From Methylovirgula sp. (lineage in GTDB: Bacteria > Pseudomonadota > Alphaproteobacteria > Rhizobiales > Beijerinckiaceae), in NCBI GenBank assembly GCA_050728495.1, contig JBOHJJ010000056.1:1-48643 (forward strand): a stretch of DNA of 48,643 nt. Direction: 5' to 3'. Below are positions 8,479 through 24,906 of this stretch, one piece after another. The position numbers and the translations under genes are program-made. Below the pieces are notes generated by a model. The model was not told the origin of the DNA and searched no databases. It saw nothing but the letters and a program-made list of their open reading frames with translations. Numbering within the stretch: position 1 is the first letter of the stretch; each line of letters opens with the position of its first letter.

Positions 8479-8655
8479 TCGGGTCGAAATGCGAAGTGCG
8501 GGTGCGGCAGTTCCTGCAAACTTTGTTTTTGGACGAATCCCTCTGTCCGGCGCGATGCTTCGTTCCGGAGGACAGGCGTAGCGCCGCGAAAGACCGAACT
8601 GTCTTTCCGGCTGACGCAACCGGCGGCAAGCCCCGCCTGAGACAGAGAGTGTATT

Positions 8656-9171
8656 GTGGACAGAGCTGAAAAGAAAGCCTCCGTTGCCGCCCTGAACGAA
8701 GTCTTCCGGACGACTTCGGTTGTGGTGGTGGCTCGCTACTCCGGCTTGACGGTCGCCCAAATGCAGACGCTGCGCAGACAGATGCGCGCGGCAGGGGGCA
8801 TCGTACAAGTCGCCAAAAATCGTCTGGTCAAGATCGCCCTCGAAGGCACCGACATGGCGTCGATCGCCGCTCTGCTGAAGGGTCCGACTCTGTTTGCGCA
8901 CTCGCAGGATCCGGTGGTCGCGGCCAAAGTCGCCGTGACGTTCGCCAAAGATTACCAGAAGCTCGTGATCCTTGGCGGCGCCATGGGCAAGACGGCGCTT
9001 GACGTCGAGGCGGTCCGGTCGCTCGCGACGTTGCCCTCGCTCGACGAACTGCGCGCCCAACTCGTCGGCCTCATCCAGGCACCGGCGACCAAGCTCGCTC
9101 AACTCACGACGGCTCCGGCGAGCAAGCTCGCACGGGTCGTCAAAGCCTACTCCGAAAAAGACGCGGCCTGA
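8656..9171 (+). CDS. rplJ: 50S ribosomal protein L10
   Basis: MDRAEKK...YSGLTVAQM...VAKNRL...[12 protein letters not shown]. Confidence 0.97.
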   Translation: MDRAEKKASVAALNEVFRTTSVVVVARYSGLTVAQMQTLRRQMRAAGGIVQVAKNRLVKIALEGTDMASIAALLKGPTLFAHSQDPVVAAKVAVTFAKDYQKLVILGGAMGKTALDVEAVRSLATLPSLDELRAQLVGLIQAPATKLAQLTTAPASKLARVVKAYSEKDAA

Positions 9172-9213
9172 ATTTCAGCTCTCGCTCACGCCCAAATTCG
9201 AAGGAAGACCTCA

Positions 9214-9597
9214 ATGGCCAATCTTGAGAAAATTGTAGACGACCTTTCCAGCTTGACGGTGCTCGAGGCGGCTGAACTCGCCAAATTGCTGGAGGCAAAG
9301 TGGGGTGTCTCGGCGGCGGCTGCGGTGGCGGTCGCGGCAGGTCCGGCGGGCGGGGCGGCTCCGGCTGCCGCGGCAGCCGAAGAGAAGACCGAGTTCACTG
9401 TCGTACTCGCCGCCATCGGCGATAAGAAGATCGAAGTGATCAAAGAGGTTCGCGCCGTCACCGGCCTTGGCTTGAAGGAAGCCAAGGATCTCGTCGAATC
9501 GGCGCCGAAGTCTCTCAAAGAGGGCGTCACCAAGGAGGAGGCCGAAAAGATCAAGGCCACTCTCGAGAAGGTCGGCGCGAAAGTCGAACTCAAGTGA
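9214..9597 (+). CDS. rplL: 50S ribosomal protein L7/L12
   Basis: [35 protein letters not shown]. Confidence 0.98.
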   Translation: MANLEKIVDDLSSLTVLEAAELAKLLEAKWGVSAAAAVAVAAGPAGGAAPAAAAAEEKTEFTVVLAAIGDKKIEVIKEVRAVTGLGLKEAKDLVESAPKSLKEGVTKEEAEKIKATLEKVGAKVELK

Positions 9598-9791
9598 TCG
9601 AAGCGGTCGCGGTGGCGACCCCTTCCTCTTTCGAACGGTCCCGGAGCGCGCTTCGGGGCCGTTGAGCCGTTCCTGTTGCGGCGAATACCGGCAGTTTGCA
9701 AAGGGGCATGCAAGGCCCCCGCGCGACCCAAGATGGTGGCGCAAGTTTTCGGGGCGCAGCCCCGCACGATACTCACCCTGTGAGGAGCACG

Positions 9792-12700
9792 ATGGCCCAA
9801 CCGTTAGCGCAGATCTTTTCCGGCCGGAAGCGCGTTCGCAAATTTTTCGGACATATCCGCGAAGTCGCGGAGATGCCGAACTTGATCGAAGTGCAGAAGG
9901 CTTCCTACGACCAGTTCCTGATGGTCGTGGAGCCGGAGGGCGGCCGCCCGGACGAAGGTCTCGAGGCGGTCTTCCGCTCGGTCTTTCCGATCTCCGACTT
10001 TGCTAATGTCGCGCTGCTCGAATTCGTCAAATACGTCTTCGAGCCGCCGAAATACGATGTTGACGAGTGTCGGCAGCGCGGCATGACCTACGCCGCGCCG
10101 CTGAAGGTCACGTTGCGCCTCATCGTCTTCGACGTCGACCCCGAAAGCGGCGCGAAGTCGGTGAAGGACATCAAGGAACAGGACGTCTACATGGGCGACA
10201 TGCCGTTCATGACGAACAACGGCACATTCATCGTCAACGGCACCGAACGCGTTATCGTCTCGCAGATGCATCGCTCGCCGGGCGTCTTCTTCGACCACGA
10301 CAAAGGCAAGAGCCATTCCTCCGGCAAGCTTCTGTTCGCGGCGCGGATCATTCCCTATCGGGGCTCCTGGCTCGACATTGAGTTCGACGCCAAGGACATC
10401 GTCTATGCGCGCATCGACCGGCGGCGGAAGATTCCGGTGACTTCGCTGCTCTATGCGCTCGGCATGGATGGCGAGGAGATTCTGCGGACTTTTTACAATA
10501 CGGTCGCCTACACGCGCGAAGGCGACGGCTGGCGCCTGCCTTTCGACCCGGAACGGATGAAAGGCATGAAGGCGGGCGTCGATATCATTGACGCGGATAG
10601 CGGCGAGGTTGTGCTCGAAGCCGGCAAGAAGCTGACCGCGCGTGCGGCGCGGCTACTGGTCGAAAAGGGCGTCAAGTTCATCAAGGCGCAGAACGTCGAT
10701 CTGCACGGCCAGTACATCGCCGCCGACCTCTATAATCCGTCGACCGGCGAGATTTTCGCCGAAGCGGGCGACGAGATCACCGTGAAGACTCTGCCGGCCC
10801 TGATCGAGGCGGGGTTCACCGAACTGCCGGTGCTCGACATCGATCACGTCAACATCGGTCCCTATATCCGCAACACGCTCGCGGTCGACAAGAACTCGTC
10901 GCGCGAGGATGCGCTTTTCGACATCTACCGGGTGATGCGTCCGGGCGAGCCGCCGACTCTCGAAACCGCGGAGGCGATGTTCCATTCGTTGTTCTTCGAT
11001 TCGGAACGCTACGATCTCTCCGCCGTCGGTCGCGTCAAGATGAATATGCGCCTCGACCTCGACGCACCCGATACGATGCGCGTGCTGCGCAAGGCCGACA
11101 TCATCGCGGTGGTGCGTGCCCTCGTCGATCTGCGCGACGGGCGCGGCGAGATCGACGACATCGACCATCTTGGCAACCGCCGGGTGCGCTCGGTCGGCGA
11201 GCTCATGGAGAACCAATATCGGCTCGGCCTGTTGCGCATGGAGCGGGCGATCAAGGAACGCATGTCCTCGGTCGATATCGATACCGTAATGCCGCAGGAT
11301 CTCATCAACGCCAAGCCAGCCGCGGCGGCGGTGCGCGAGTTCTTCGGCTCCTCGCAGCTTTCGCAGTTCATGGACCAGACTCATCCGCTTTCCGAGATCA
11401 CCCACAAGCGGCGTCTCTCGGCGCTTGGTCCGGGCGGGCTCACGCGCGAGCGCGCCGGATTCGAGGTACGCGACGTGCACCCTACCCATTACGGGCGGAT
11501 CTGTCCGATCGAGACTCCGGAAGGCCCGAACATCGGCCTCATCAACTCGCTTGCGACCTTCGCGCGCGTCAACAAGTATGGCTTCATCGAGGCGCCCTAC
11601 CGGCGCGTCAAGGAAGGCCGGGTGACGGACGAGGTGGTCTATCTCTCCGCGATGGAGGAAGCCAAGCACTACGTCGCGCAGGCCAACGCGCCTCTCGACG
11701 CCAAGCGTACGCTGACCGAAGATCTCGTCGTCTGTCGGCATGCGGGCGACGTGGTCATGGCGGCGCGTGACCGCGTCGATTTCATGGACGTCTCGCCGAA
11801 GCAGATCGTCTCCGTCGCCGCGGCGCTGATTCCGTTCCTCGAGAACGATGACGCCAATCGGGCGCTCATGGGGTCGAACATGCAGCGGCAGGCGGTGCCG
11901 CTCATCAAGGCGGACGCGCCGCTCGTCGGCACCGGCATGGAGTCCGTCGTGGCGCGCGATTCGGGCGCCGCGATCGCGGCGCGTCGCACCGGCTACGTCG
12001 ATCAGATCGATGCGACGCGTATCGTGGTGCGCGCCACCGAGGAGACCGATCCGAGCAAACCCGGCGTCGACATCTATAGGCTCTTGAAGTTCCAGCGTTC
12101 CAACCAATCGACCTGCATCAACCAGAAACCGCTGGTGCGGGTCGGCGACTTCGTGAGCAAGGGCGACGTCATCGCCGACGGTCCTTCGACCGACCTCGGC
12201 GATCTGGCGCTCGGCCGCAACGTGCTCGTCGCCTTCATGCCGTGGAACGGCTACAACTTCGAGGATTCGATCCTGCTCAACGAGCGGATCGTCAAGGACG
12301 ACGTCTTTACCTCGATCCATATCGATGAATTCGAGGTGATGGCGCGCGACACCAAGCTGGGGCCGGAAGAGATCACCCGCGATATTCCCAACGTCTCGGA
12401 GGAGGCGCTGAAGAATCTCGACGAAGCGGGCATCGTCTATATCGGCGCCGAGGTGCAGGCCGGCGACATTCTGTGCGGCAAGATCACCCCGAAGGGCGAA
12501 AGCCCGATGACGCCGGAAGAGAAATTGCTGCGCGCCATCTTCGGCGAAAAGGCCTCCGACGTGCGTGATACTTCGCTGCGCGTCCCGCCGGGCGTCCAAG
12601 GCACCGTCGTCGAAGTGCGCGTGTTCAACCGCCACGGCGTCGAGAAGGACGAGCGCGCTCAGGCGATCGAGCGCGAGGAAATCGAGCGGCTCGCCAAAGA

Positions 12701-13925
12701 CCGCGACGACGAACTCGCGATCCTCGACCGTAACGTCTACAGCCGGCTTTCCGAATTACTGATCGGCAAGATTGCGGTTGCCGGACCCAAGGGCCTGAAG
12801 AAGGACACGCCGATTACCAAAGAGGTGCTGGAAGCCTATCCGCGCGCCCAATGGTGGACGTTCGCGGTCGAAGACGACAGGCTCATGGCCGAAACCGAGG
12901 CCATGCACCGCCAATATGACGAGGCGAGGAAGGGGCTCGAGAGCCGCTTCCTCGACAAGGTCGAAAAATTGCAGCGCGGCGACGAACTGCCGCCCGGCGT
13001 GATGAAGATGGTGAAAGTCTTCGTCGCCGTGAAGCGCAAGATCCAGCCGGGCGACAAGATGGCCGGTCGGCACGGCAACAAGGGCGTCGTCTCGAAGATC
13101 GTTCCGGAGGAGGATATGCCCTTCCTCGGCGACGGAACGCCAGTCGATATCGTGCTGAACCCGCTCGGCGTGCCGAGCCGCATGAACGTCGGGCAGATTC
13201 TCGAGACGCATCTCGGTTGGGCCTGCGCCGGTCTTGGCCGGCAGGTCGCGGAAGCCGTGAACCTCTATCTTCGGACCAAGGATCTCGCGCCCGTGCGCCA
13301 CAAGCTCGGCGAGATCTACGGCTCGAAGAAGGAAATCGAGGCTATGGATGAAGCGACCTTGCTTGAGGTTGCAGAGAACTTGCGCAACGGCGTGCCGATT
13401 GCCACACCGGTATTCGACGGCGCGCACGAGCATGACATCGTCGAAATGCTCGAACGTGCCGGTCTCGACAGCACCGGCCAGGTGACGCTCTATGACGGGC
13501 GCAGCGGTGAACCTTTCGATCGCAAGGTGACCGTCGGCTACATCTATATGCTGAAGCTGCATCACCTCGTCGACGACAAGATCCACGCCCGCTCGATCGG
13601 TCCCTATAGCCTCGTCACCCAGCAGCCGCTGGGCGGTAAGGCGCAGTTCGGCGGGCAGCGTTTCGGTGAGATGGAGGTCTGGGCGCTCGAAGCCTACGGC
13701 GCCGCCTATACGCTGCAGGAAATGCTGACGGTGAAGTCCGATGACGTCGCCGGTCGCACCAAGGTCTATGAGTCGATCGTGCGCGGCGATGACGCGTTCG
13801 AATCCGGCATTCCGGAAAGCTTCAACGTGCTCGTCAAGGAGATGCGCTCGCTCGGACTCAACGTCGAACTCAACACCTCGGCTCGTCCGGCCGCGGCTCT
13901 GCCTTCGGCCGAGGCAGCCGAATGA
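9792..13925 (+). CDS. rpoB: DNA-directed RNA polymerase beta subunit
   Basis: [53 protein letters not shown] at 9792 after GAGGAG. Confidence 0.99.
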   Translation: MAQPLAQIFSGRKRVRKFFGHIREVAEMPNLIEVQKASYDQFLMVVEPEGGRPDEGLEAVFRSVFPISDFANVALLEFVKYVFEPPKYDVDECRQRGMTYAAPLKVTLRLIVFDVDPESGAKSVKDIKEQDVYMGDMPFMTNNGTFIVNGTERVIVSQMHRSPGVFFDHDKGKSHSSGKLLFAARIIPYRGSWLDIEFDAKDIVYARIDRRRKIPVTSLLYALGMDGEEILRTFYNTVAYTREGDGWRLPFDPERMKGMKAGVDIIDADSGEVVLEAGKKLTARAARLLVEKGVKFIKAQNVDLHGQYIAADLYNPSTGEIFAEAGDEITVKTLPALIEAGFTELPVLDIDHVNIGPYIRNTLAVDKNSSREDALFDIYRVMRPGEPPTLETAEAMFHSLFFDSERYDLSAVGRVKMNMRLDLDAPDTMRVLRKADIIAVVRALVDLRDGRGEIDDIDHLGNRRVRSVGELMENQYRLGLLRMERAIKERMSSVDIDTVMPQDLINAKPAAAAVREFFGSSQLSQFMDQTHPLSEITHKRRLSALGPGGLTRERAGFEVRDVHPTHYGRICPIETPEGPNIGLINSLATFARVNKYGFIEAPYRRVKEGRVTDEVVYLSAMEEAKHYVAQANAPLDAKRTLTEDLVVCRHAGDVVMAARDRVDFMDVSPKQIVSVAAALIPFLENDDANRALMGSNMQRQAVPLIKADAPLVGTGMESVVARDSGAAIAARRTGYVDQIDATRIVVRATEETDPSKPGVDIYRLLKFQRSNQSTCINQKPLVRVGDFVSKGDVIADGPSTDLGDLALGRNVLVAFMPWNGYNFEDSILLNERIVKDDVFTSIHIDEFEVMARDTKLGPEEITRDIPNVSEEALKNLDEAGIVYIGAEVQAGDILCGKITPKGESPMTPEEKLLRAIFGEKASDVRDTSLRVPPGVQGTVVEVRVFNRHGVEKDERAQAIEREEIERLAKDRDDELAILDRNVYSRLSELLIGKIAVAGPKGLKKDTPITKEVLEAYPRAQWWTFAVEDDRLMAETEAMHRQYDEARKGLESRFLDKVEKLQRGDELPPGVMKMVKVFVAVKRKIQPGDKMAGRHGNKGVVSKIVPEEDMPFLGDGTPVDIVLNPLGVPSRMNVGQILETHLGWACAGLGRQVAEAVNLYLRTKDLAPVRHKLGEIYGSKKEIEAMDEATLLEVAENLRNGVPIATPVFDGAHEHDIVEMLERAGLDSTGQVTLYDGRSGEPFDRKVTVGYIYMLKLHHLVDDKIHARSIGPYSLVTQQPLGGKAQFGGQRFGEMEVWALEAYGAAYTLQEMLTVKSDDVAGRTKVYESIVRGDDAFESGIPESFNVLVKEMRSLGLNVELNTSARPAAALPSAEAAE

Positions 13926-14045
13926 AGATCGGTTGTGGCGCGGGCGCAGCTGCCCGCGCCGCTGATTTCGTACGTCGGTTGTTATCGGCAAAGAAATGCT
14001 ACCCGCGCTTCGGCCTTCGCCGCGCGGGCGGATCAGGAGAAAAGA

Positions 14046-18227
<4,182 letters not shown>

Positions 18228-18238
18228 CACGGAAATCG

Positions 18239-18262
18239 CCCTCTCCCACAAGCGGGAGAGGG
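18239..18262. repeat. palindromic element / stem-loop downstream of rpoC
   Basis: Perfect 9-bp stem CCCTCTCCC-ACAAGC-GGGAGAGGG. Confidence 0.65.
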
Positions 18263-18298
18263 TACTTCCTCGATCGGCAAATTCCCTCTGCGGAGGGG

Positions 18299-18327
18299 TT
18301 GACGTGCGCCGAGGCCATGATTAAGTT
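18299..18327 (+). promoter_or_regulatory. putative sigma70 promoter of the str operon
   Basis: TTGACG-N17-TAAGTT. Confidence 0.6.
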
Positions 18328-18612
18328 TCGCGCACTTTCGATAGGCCGTAGGTTCTTTTCCGTTCGGGGCGTCGCGTCCTGAACCTAGCGGACCTAAACG
18401 CTGTCGGCTTCAGCGACTAGTCACATCGGGTCGGCGGGAGTTCCGGCGATCCTATTAAGAGGCAAGACCTCGGTGCGCCGCGGTCCTCTGCTTACGTCGC
18501 AGCGCCGGAAGCCCGTTGGGCCGAAGGCGCTGATTTGTTTGCGTCCGGTGCCGCCAAAGCGCCGGGCCCGCGCTGACCTTGAGCCGCGCGGAAAAGGTAA
18601 CGAAGGACGAAG

Positions 18613-18984
18613 ATGCCGACGATCAGTCAGTTGGTCCGCAAGCCACGGCAGGAGAAGGTCTATCGCGAAAAGGCGCGGCATCTCCAAGGCTGCCCGCAAA
18701 AGCGCGGGGTCTGCACGCGTGTCTATACGACGACCCCGAAGAAGCCGAACTCGGCGCTGCGCAAAGTAGCCAAGGTGCGGCTGACCAACGGGTTCGAAGT
18801 CATTGGCTATATTCCAGGCGAGGGGCACAATCTGCAGGAACATTCGGTGGTCATGATCCGCGGCGGCCGCGTCAAGGATCTGCCGGGCGTCCGCTACCAT
18901 ATCCTGCGCGGCGTGCTCGATACCCAGGGCGTCAAGAATCGCAAGCAGCGCCGTTCCAAGTATGGCGCGAAGCGGCCGAAGTGA
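18613..18984 (+). CDS. rpsL: 30S ribosomal protein S12
   Basis: [38 protein letters not shown]. Confidence 0.99.
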   Translation: MPTISQLVRKPRQEKVYREKARHLQGCPQKRGVCTRVYTTTPKKPNSALRKVAKVRLTNGFEVIGYIPGEGHNLQEHSVVMIRGGRVKDLPGVRYHILRGVLDTQGVKNRKQRRSKYGAKRPK

Positions 18985-19000
18985 CCCGAGCGTAGCGAAG

Positions 19001-19082
19001 GTTATCTCCGGGCGAGCAGAGCGAGACCCGGGGATCGTTGAAGAGAATTTACTGGATGGCCGGGTCAAACCCGGCCATGACG
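19001..19082. repeat. composite REP-like palindromic element between rpsL and rpsG
   Basis: ATCTCCGGG...CCCGGGGAT hairpin plus perfect 10-bp stem ATGGCCGGGT-CAA-ACCCGGCCAT ending in GACG. Confidence 0.65.
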
Positions 19083-19111
19083 ACGAAGAGAGACAAAGAG
19101 AGTAGAAGCAG

Positions 19112-19582
19112 ATGTCGCGCCGTCACAGGGCCGAGAAACGGGAAGTCATTCCGGACGCCAAGTTCGGCGATGTCGTTCTTGCCAAGTTCATGAATTCCAT
19201 CATGTACGACGGCAAGAAATCGATGGCCGAGTCGATCGTCTACGGTGCTTTCGAGTTGATCGAGAGCAAGTTGCGCGCCGAGCCGCTGCCGGTCTTCCGG
19301 CAGGCTCTAGAAAACGTCGCGCCGGCGATCGAGGTCCGCTCCCGGCGTGTCGGCGGCGCCACCTATCAGGTGCCGGTCGAAGTCCGTACCGAACGGCGGC
19401 AGGCGTTGGCAATCCGCTGGATTATCGCCGCGGCGCGCGGCCGCAACGACAAGACCATGATCGACCGGCTTTCGGCCGAGATCATGGACGCCGCCAACAA
19501 TCGCGGCAACGCGGTGAAAAAGCGCGAAGATACGCATCGGATGGCCGAGGCAAACCGTGCCTTCTCGCATTACCGCTGGTAG
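19112..19582 (+). CDS. rpsG: 30S ribosomal protein S7
   Basis: [33 protein letters not shown]. Confidence 0.99.
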   Translation: MSRRHRAEKREVIPDAKFGDVVLAKFMNSIMYDGKKSMAESIVYGAFELIESKLRAEPLPVFRQALENVAPAIEVRSRRVGGATYQVPVEVRTERRQALAIRWIIAAARGRNDKTMIDRLSAEIMDAANNRGNAVKKREDTHRMAEANRAFSHYRW

Positions 19583-19606
19583 CCAATTCAACGAAGGAAT
19601 TTATCG

Positions 19607-21682
19607 ATGCCGCGCAGCCATAAAATCGAGGATTACCGAAACTTCGGTATCATGGCGCACATCGACGCCGGCAAGACGACGACGACCGAGCGTATCCTCT
19701 TCTATTCCGGCAAGTCCCACAAAATGGGCGAAGTCCATGAGGGCGCCGCCACCATGGATTGGATGGAGCAGGAACAGGAGCGCGGCATTACGATCACCTC
19801 GGCCGCGACCACGACCGTCTGGAACGGCAAGCGCCTCAACATCATCGACACGCCCGGTCACGTCGATTTCACGATCGAAGTGGAACGCTCGCTGCGCGTC
19901 CTCGATGGCGCCGTATGCGTGCTCGACGGCAACCAAGGCGTCGAGCCGCAGACCGAAACCGTGTGGCGACAGGCCGACAGGTACAACGTCCCGCGCATCG
20001 TCTTCGCCAATAAGATGGATAAGACCGGTGCCGATTTCTTCCGCTGCGTCGAGGACATCAAAACCAAGGTCGGCGGGCGTCCGATCTGCATTCAACTCCC
20101 GGCCGGTCTTGAAGCCGACTTTAGAGGGGTCATCGATCTCGTGCGCATGAAGATGCTCGTCTGGGAGGACGAGACGCTCGGCGCCAAATATCACGACGAA
20201 GAAATTCCCGCGGAATTCCGCGAGCAGGCGGAGAAATACCGCCACGAATTGATCGAAGCGGCGGTCGAGCTCGACGACGACGTCATGGCCGCCTATCTCG
20301 ATGGGGCCGAGCCGGACGAAGCGACCCTGAAGAGATTGATCCGCAAAGCGGTCCGCACCATCGCCTTCGTTCCGATCCTCTGCGGCTCGGCCTTTAAAAA
20401 CAAGGGCGTGCAGCCGTTGCTTGACGCGGTGGTCGATTATCTGCCGTCGCCGGTCGATCGCGAGGCGATCAAGGGCGTCGATCCCGACACCGGCGAGGAA
20501 CTCGTGCGCCACGCCAATGACAACGAGCCTCTGTCCATCCTCGCCTTCAAGATCATGGACGATCCCTTCGTCGGATCGCTGACGTTCGCGCGTGTCTATT
20601 CCGGCCATGTCGAATCGGGAACCACGGTCATGAATTCGACCAAGGGCAAGCGCGAGCGCATCGGCCGCATGCTGCTGATGCACGCCAACAATCGCGAGGA
20701 CATCAAGGAAGCCTACGCGGGCGATATCATCGCGCTCGCCGGCCTCAAAGACACGCGCACCGGCGACACGCTCAGCGATATGCATAAGCCCGTGATCCTG
20801 GAACGAATGGAGTTTCCCGATCCGGTCATCGAGATCGCCATTGAGCCGAAGTCCAAGGCCGATCAGGAAAAGCTCGGCGTGGCTCTCGCCAAGCTTGCCA
20901 CCGAGGATCCTTCATTCCGCGTCTCTACCGACCAGGAATCCGGCCAGACGATCCTGAAGGGCATGGGAGAACTGCATCTCGACATCAAAGTCGATATTTT
21001 GAAGCGCACCTATAAGGTCGATGCAAATATCGGCGCGCCGCAAGTCGCCTATCGCGAGAAACTGACCAAGCGCATCGAGATCGACGAGACGCATAAGAAG
21101 CAGACTGGCGGCGCCGGCCAATATGCGAAGATCACCGTGATCTACGAGCCCAATACGCCGGGCGCCGGCAATGTGTTCGAATCGAAAGTCGTCGGCGGTG
21201 CGATTCCGAAGGAATATATTCCGGGCGTGGAGAAGGGGGTCGCCACGGCGCTCACCGCCGGGGTGCTGGCGGGCTTCCCGGTGGTCGATGTCAAGGCGAC
21301 CCTGATCGACGGCCAATATCACGACGTCGACTCGTCGGTTCTCGCCTTCGAACTGTGCGCCCGCGCCGCGACGCGCCGAGCGCTGCGTGAAGGCGGCTCG
21401 GTTCTGCTTGAGCCGATCATGCGAGTCGAGGTGACGACGCCGGAGGATTACACCGGTTCCGTCATGGGCGATCTGCTCGGCCGGCGCGGGCAGGTGCAAG
21501 GCCAGGACATGCGTGGCAACGCGGTCGTCATCAACGCGATGGTGCCGCTCAACAACATGTTCGGCTACGTCAACCAGCTGCGGTCCATGAGCCAGGGCCG
21601 CGCCAACTACACGATGCAGTTCGACCACTATGAGCAAGTGCCTGCCGGCGAAGCCGCCAAGGTACAAGCGAAATACGCCTGA
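19607..21682 (+). CDS. fusA: elongation factor G
   Basis: [38 protein letters not shown]. Confidence 0.99.
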   Translation: MPRSHKIEDYRNFGIMAHIDAGKTTTTERILFYSGKSHKMGEVHEGAATMDWMEQEQERGITITSAATTTVWNGKRLNIIDTPGHVDFTIEVERSLRVLDGAVCVLDGNQGVEPQTETVWRQADRYNVPRIVFANKMDKTGADFFRCVEDIKTKVGGRPICIQLPAGLEADFRGVIDLVRMKMLVWEDETLGAKYHDEEIPAEFREQAEKYRHELIEAAVELDDDVMAAYLDGAEPDEATLKRLIRKAVRTIAFVPILCGSAFKNKGVQPLLDAVVDYLPSPVDREAIKGVDPDTGEELVRHANDNEPLSILAFKIMDDPFVGSLTFARVYSGHVESGTTVMNSTKGKRERIGRMLLMHANNREDIKEAYAGDIIALAGLKDTRTGDTLSDMHKPVILERMEFPDPVIEIAIEPKSKADQEKLGVALAKLATEDPSFRVSTDQESGQTILKGMGELHLDIKVDILKRTYKVDANIGAPQVAYREKLTKRIEIDETHKKQTGGAGQYAKITVIYEPNTPGAGNVFESKVVGGAIPKEYIPGVEKGVATALTAGVLAGFPVVDVKATLIDGQYHDVDSSVLAFELCARAATRRALREGGSVLLEPIMRVEVTTPEDYTGSVMGDLLGRRGQVQGQDMRGNAVVINAMVPLNNMFGYVNQLRSMSQGRANYTMQFDHYEQVPAGEAAKVQAKYA

Positions 21683-21702
21683 GGGTTTGAAGGAGCCGAG
21701 CC

Positions 21703-22893
21703 ATGGCCAAGGAAAAATTTTCGCGCACGAAGCCGCATTGCAACATCGGAACGATCGGCCACATTGATCATGGCAAGACGTCGTTAACGGCCGCGATCAC
21801 TAAGGTTCTCGCGGAGACGGGCGGTGCGACCTATACCCCCTATGATCAGATCGACAGGGCGCCCGAGGAAAAGGCGCGCGGCATCACGATTTCGACCGCG
21901 CACGTCGAATACCAGACGAAGAAGCGCCACTATGCGCATGTCGATTGTCCCGGCCATGCCGACTACGTGAAGAACATGATCACCGGCGCGGCACAGATGG
22001 ACGGCGCAATCCTCGTCGTTTCTGCCGCAGACGGGCCGATGCCGCAGACCCGCGAGCATATCCTGCTCGCTCGCCAGGTCGGCGTGCCGGCACTCGTCGT
22101 CTTTCTTAACAAGGTGGACATGGTGGACGATCCCGAGCTTCTCGAGCTGGTTGAGCTCGAGGTGCGCGAGTTGCTTTCCAAGTACAGTTTCCCCGGCGAC
22201 ACCATTCCAGTCATCAAGGGTTCCGCGAAGGCGGCGCTCGAGAACGACCATCCGGAGATTGGCAAGAACGCGGTCATGGAGCTGCTCAATGCAGTCGATG
22301 ACTACATTCCGCAGCCTGATCGCCCCAAAGACCAGCCGTTCCTGATGCCGGTCGAAGACGTATTCTCGATCTCTGGGCGCGGCACGGTGGTTACCGGCCG
22401 CATCGAGCGCGGCATCATCAAGGTCGGCGAAGAAGTCGAGATCGTAGGAATCCGGCCGACGCAAAAGACCGTGGTCACCGGCGTCGAGATGTTCCGCAAG
22501 CTGCTCGATCAGGGCGAGGCGGGCGACAACATCGGCGCTTTGCTACGCGGCACAAAGCGCGAGGACGTCGAGCGCGGCCAGGTCCTGTGCAAGCCGGGCT
22601 CGGTGAAACCGCACACTAAGTTCAAGGCTGAGGCCTACATCCTCACCAAAGAGGAGGGCGGCCGGCACACGCCGTTCTTCACCAATTACCGGCCGCAATT
22701 CTATTTCCGCACGACTGACGTGACCGGAATCGTGACGCTGCCGCAAGGCACCGAAATGGTGATGCCCGGCGACAACGTGACCATGGACGTGGAACTCATC
22801 GTGCCGATCGCCATGGAAGAGAAGTTGCGCTTCGCAATCCGCGAGGGCGGCCGCACCGTTGGCGCCGGCGTCGTCGCTTCGATCACGGAATAA
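21703..22893 (+). CDS. tuf: elongation factor Tu
   Basis: [37 protein letters not shown]. Confidence 0.99.
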   Translation: MAKEKFSRTKPHCNIGTIGHIDHGKTSLTAAITKVLAETGGATYTPYDQIDRAPEEKARGITISTAHVEYQTKKRHYAHVDCPGHADYVKNMITGAAQMDGAILVVSAADGPMPQTREHILLARQVGVPALVVFLNKVDMVDDPELLELVELEVRELLSKYSFPGDTIPVIKGSAKAALENDHPEIGKNAVMELLNAVDDYIPQPDRPKDQPFLMPVEDVFSISGRGTVVTGRIERGIIKVGEEVEIVGIRPTQKTVVTGVEMFRKLLDQGEAGDNIGALLRGTKREDVERGQVLCKPGSVKPHTKFKAEAYILTKEEGGRHTPFFTNYRPQFYFRTTDVTGIVTLPQGTEMVMPGDNVTMDVELIVPIAMEEKLRFAIREGGRTVGAGVVASITE

Positions 22894-22938
22894 GGATTTG
22901 ATCGGTCCGGGCCTCCGCCCGCCGGTAGGGATGAGATC

Positions 22939-23247
22939 ATGAACGGCCAGAACATCCGCATTCGCCTCAAGGCGTTCGATCACCGGATCCTCGATTCGTC
23001 GACCAAAGAAATCGTCTCGACGGCGAAGCGGACCGGTGCGCAGGTGCGCGGTCCGATCCCGCTCCCCACCAAGATCGAAAAATTCACGGTGAACCGCTCG
23101 CCGCACATCGACAAGAAGTCGCGCGAGCAGTTTGAAATCAGAACCCATAAGCGCGTTCTCGACATCGTCGATCCGACGCCGCAGACGGTCGATGCCTTGA
23201 TGAAGCTCGACCTCGCCGCCGGCGTCGATGTCGAAATCAAGCTTTAG
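22939..23247 (+). CDS. rpsJ: 30S ribosomal protein S10
   Basis: [32 protein letters not shown]. Confidence 0.99.
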   Translation: MNGQNIRIRLKAFDHRILDSSTKEIVSTAKRTGAQVRGPIPLPTKIEKFTVNRSPHIDKKSREQFEIRTHKRVLDIVDPTPQTVDALMKLDLAAGVDVEIKL

Positions 23248-23256
23248 GACAGGCCC

Positions 23257-23979
23257 ATGCGCTCAGGCGTCATTGCACAAAAGCTCGGCATGACCCGCAT
23301 CTTCACGGAGGCCGGTGAACATGTGCCGGTCACGGTCTTGAAGCTCGATGGCTGCCAGGTCGTCGCGCAACGGACCAAGGAGCAGAACGGCTATACGGCC
23401 GTGCAGCTCGGCATCGGCCGCGCCAAGGTGAAGAACGTCTCGAAGGCCGAACGCGGCCGCTTCGCCGTCGCCAAGGTCGAACCCAAAATCAAAGTCGCCG
23501 AATTCCGCGTCGAAGAGGCAGGACTTCTGCCGGTCGGCGCCGAGATCACGGCGGATCATTTCGTCGTCGGCCAATTCGTGGACGTGACGGGCACGAGCAT
23601 CGGCAAAGGCTTTGCGGGGGGGATGAAGCGCTGGAATTTCGGCGGTTTACGCGCCAGTCACGGCGTCTCCATCTCGCATCGTTCGCTGGGCTCGACCGGG
23701 GGCCGGCAGGATCCGGGCAAAACGTTCAAGAACAAAAAGATGGCCGGCCACATGGGGGTCGAGCGGGTAACGACCCTCAATCTGCGCGTCGTGCAGCTTG
23801 ACGTCGATCGTGGTTTGATCCTGGTCGAAGGCGCCGTACCCGGTACGCGCGGCGGTTTCATCTATGTCCGCGACGCGGTGAAGAAGGCTCTGCCGAAAGA
23901 GGCGCCGCGGCCCGGCAAATATCGTCTGGCGAGCGAGGCGAACGGCGAAGCGGCGGCAACCGAAGGAGCGGCGTCGTGA
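23257..23979 (+). CDS. rplC: 50S ribosomal protein L3
   Basis: [29 protein letters not shown]. Confidence 0.98.
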   Translation: MRSGVIAQKLGMTRIFTEAGEHVPVTVLKLDGCQVVAQRTKEQNGYTAVQLGIGRAKVKNVSKAERGRFAVAKVEPKIKVAEFRVEEAGLLPVGAEITADHFVVGQFVDVTGTSIGKGFAGGMKRWNFGGLRASHGVSISHRSLGSTGGRQDPGKTFKNKKMAGHMGVERVTTLNLRVVQLDVDRGLILVEGAVPGTRGGFIYVRDAVKKALPKEAPRPGKYRLASEANGEAAATEGAAS

Positions 23980-24596
23980 AGATCGACATCACTTCCCTCG
24001 ACGGCCAGAACGCCGGCTCGATCGAATTGAACGAGGCGATCTTCGGGCTCGAGCCGCGCCCCGATATCCTCGCCCGCATGGTGCGTTATCAGCTCGCCAA
24101 GCGCCGCACCGGCACGCATAAGGCGAAGGGACGCAGCGAGATCGCCCGCACCGGCAAGAAGCTGTACCGGCAGAAGGGGACGGGCAACGCCCGCCACGGC
24201 TCGGCGCGCGTGCCGCAGTTCCGCGGCGGCGGACGCGCCTTCGGCCCGGTAGTGCGCTCGCATGCCCATGACCTGCCGAAGAAAGTGCGCGCCCTCGCGC
24301 TGAAACACGCGCTCTCGGCCAAAGCCAAAGACGGTGGGATCATCGTCTGGACGAACGCCGAGATCGCCGAACCCAAGACCAAGACGCTGCAAGCGAACTT
24401 CGCCAAACTCGGTCTCACCAATGCGTTGATCATCGATGGCGCCGAGCTGAAAACCAATTTCCTCCAGGCGGCACGCGGGATCCCCGATGTCGACGTGCTG
24501 CCCGTCCAAGGAATCAACGTCTACGACATCCTGCGCCGCGAGAAGCTCGTTCTCACCAAGGCGGCCATCGACGCGCTGGAGGCGCGATTCGCATGA
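23976..24596 (+). CDS. rplD: 50S ribosomal protein L4
   Basis: [22 protein letters not shown]. Confidence 0.98.
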   Translation: MKIDITSLDGQNAGSIELNEAIFGLEPRPDILARMVRYQLAKRRTGTHKAKGRSEIARTGKKLYRQKGTGNARHGSARVPQFRGGGRAFGPVVRSHAHDLPKKVRALALKHALSAKAKDGGIIVWTNAEIAEPKTKTLQANFAKLGLTNALIIDGAELKTNFLQAARGIPDVDVLPVQGINVYDILRREKLVLTKAAIDALEARFA

Positions 24597-24904
24597 GCCC
24601 GCCCAGCAAATTTGCCGATGCGCGTCATTACGACCTGATCGTCGCGCCGGTCATCACCGAAAAGGCCACCGCCGCCTCAGAACACAACAAGGTGATCTTC
24701 CGCGTTCGCAAAGACGCAACGAAGGCGCAGATCAAAACGGCGATCGAGCGGTTGTTCGACGTCAAGGTCGAAGCCGTGAATACGCTCGTGCGCAAGGGCA
24801 AGAGAAAAATATTCAAAGGCGTGCGAGGCGTGCAATCCGACGTCAAGAGGGCGGTCGTGACTTTGGCCGAAGGCTACAGCATCGACGTGACCACGGGGCT
24901 CTGA
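24593..24904 (+). CDS. rplW: 50S ribosomal protein L23
   Basis: [26 protein letters not shown]. Confidence 0.97.
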   Translation: MSPPSKFADARHYDLIVAPVITEKATAASEHNKVIFRVRKDATKAQIKTAIERLFDVKVEAVNTLVRKGKRKIFKGVRGVQSDVKRAVVTLAEGYSIDVTTGL

Positions 24905-24906
24905 AG

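Noticed and set aside
9696..14045. Apparent N-terminal extensions of RpoB and RpoC in the ORF track (likewise L11, L1, L2, S19, L29, L15, SecY, RpoA, DUF4260)
   Set aside because: Artefacts of longest-ORF calling. Downstream starts that give the canonical N-termini exist, most with a clear RBS.
18613..22893. Antibiotic-resistance alleles in S12 and EF-Tu
   Set aside because: The S12 PKKPNS and RVKDLP motifs and the EF-Tu TGVEMF and FAIREG motifs look wild-type.
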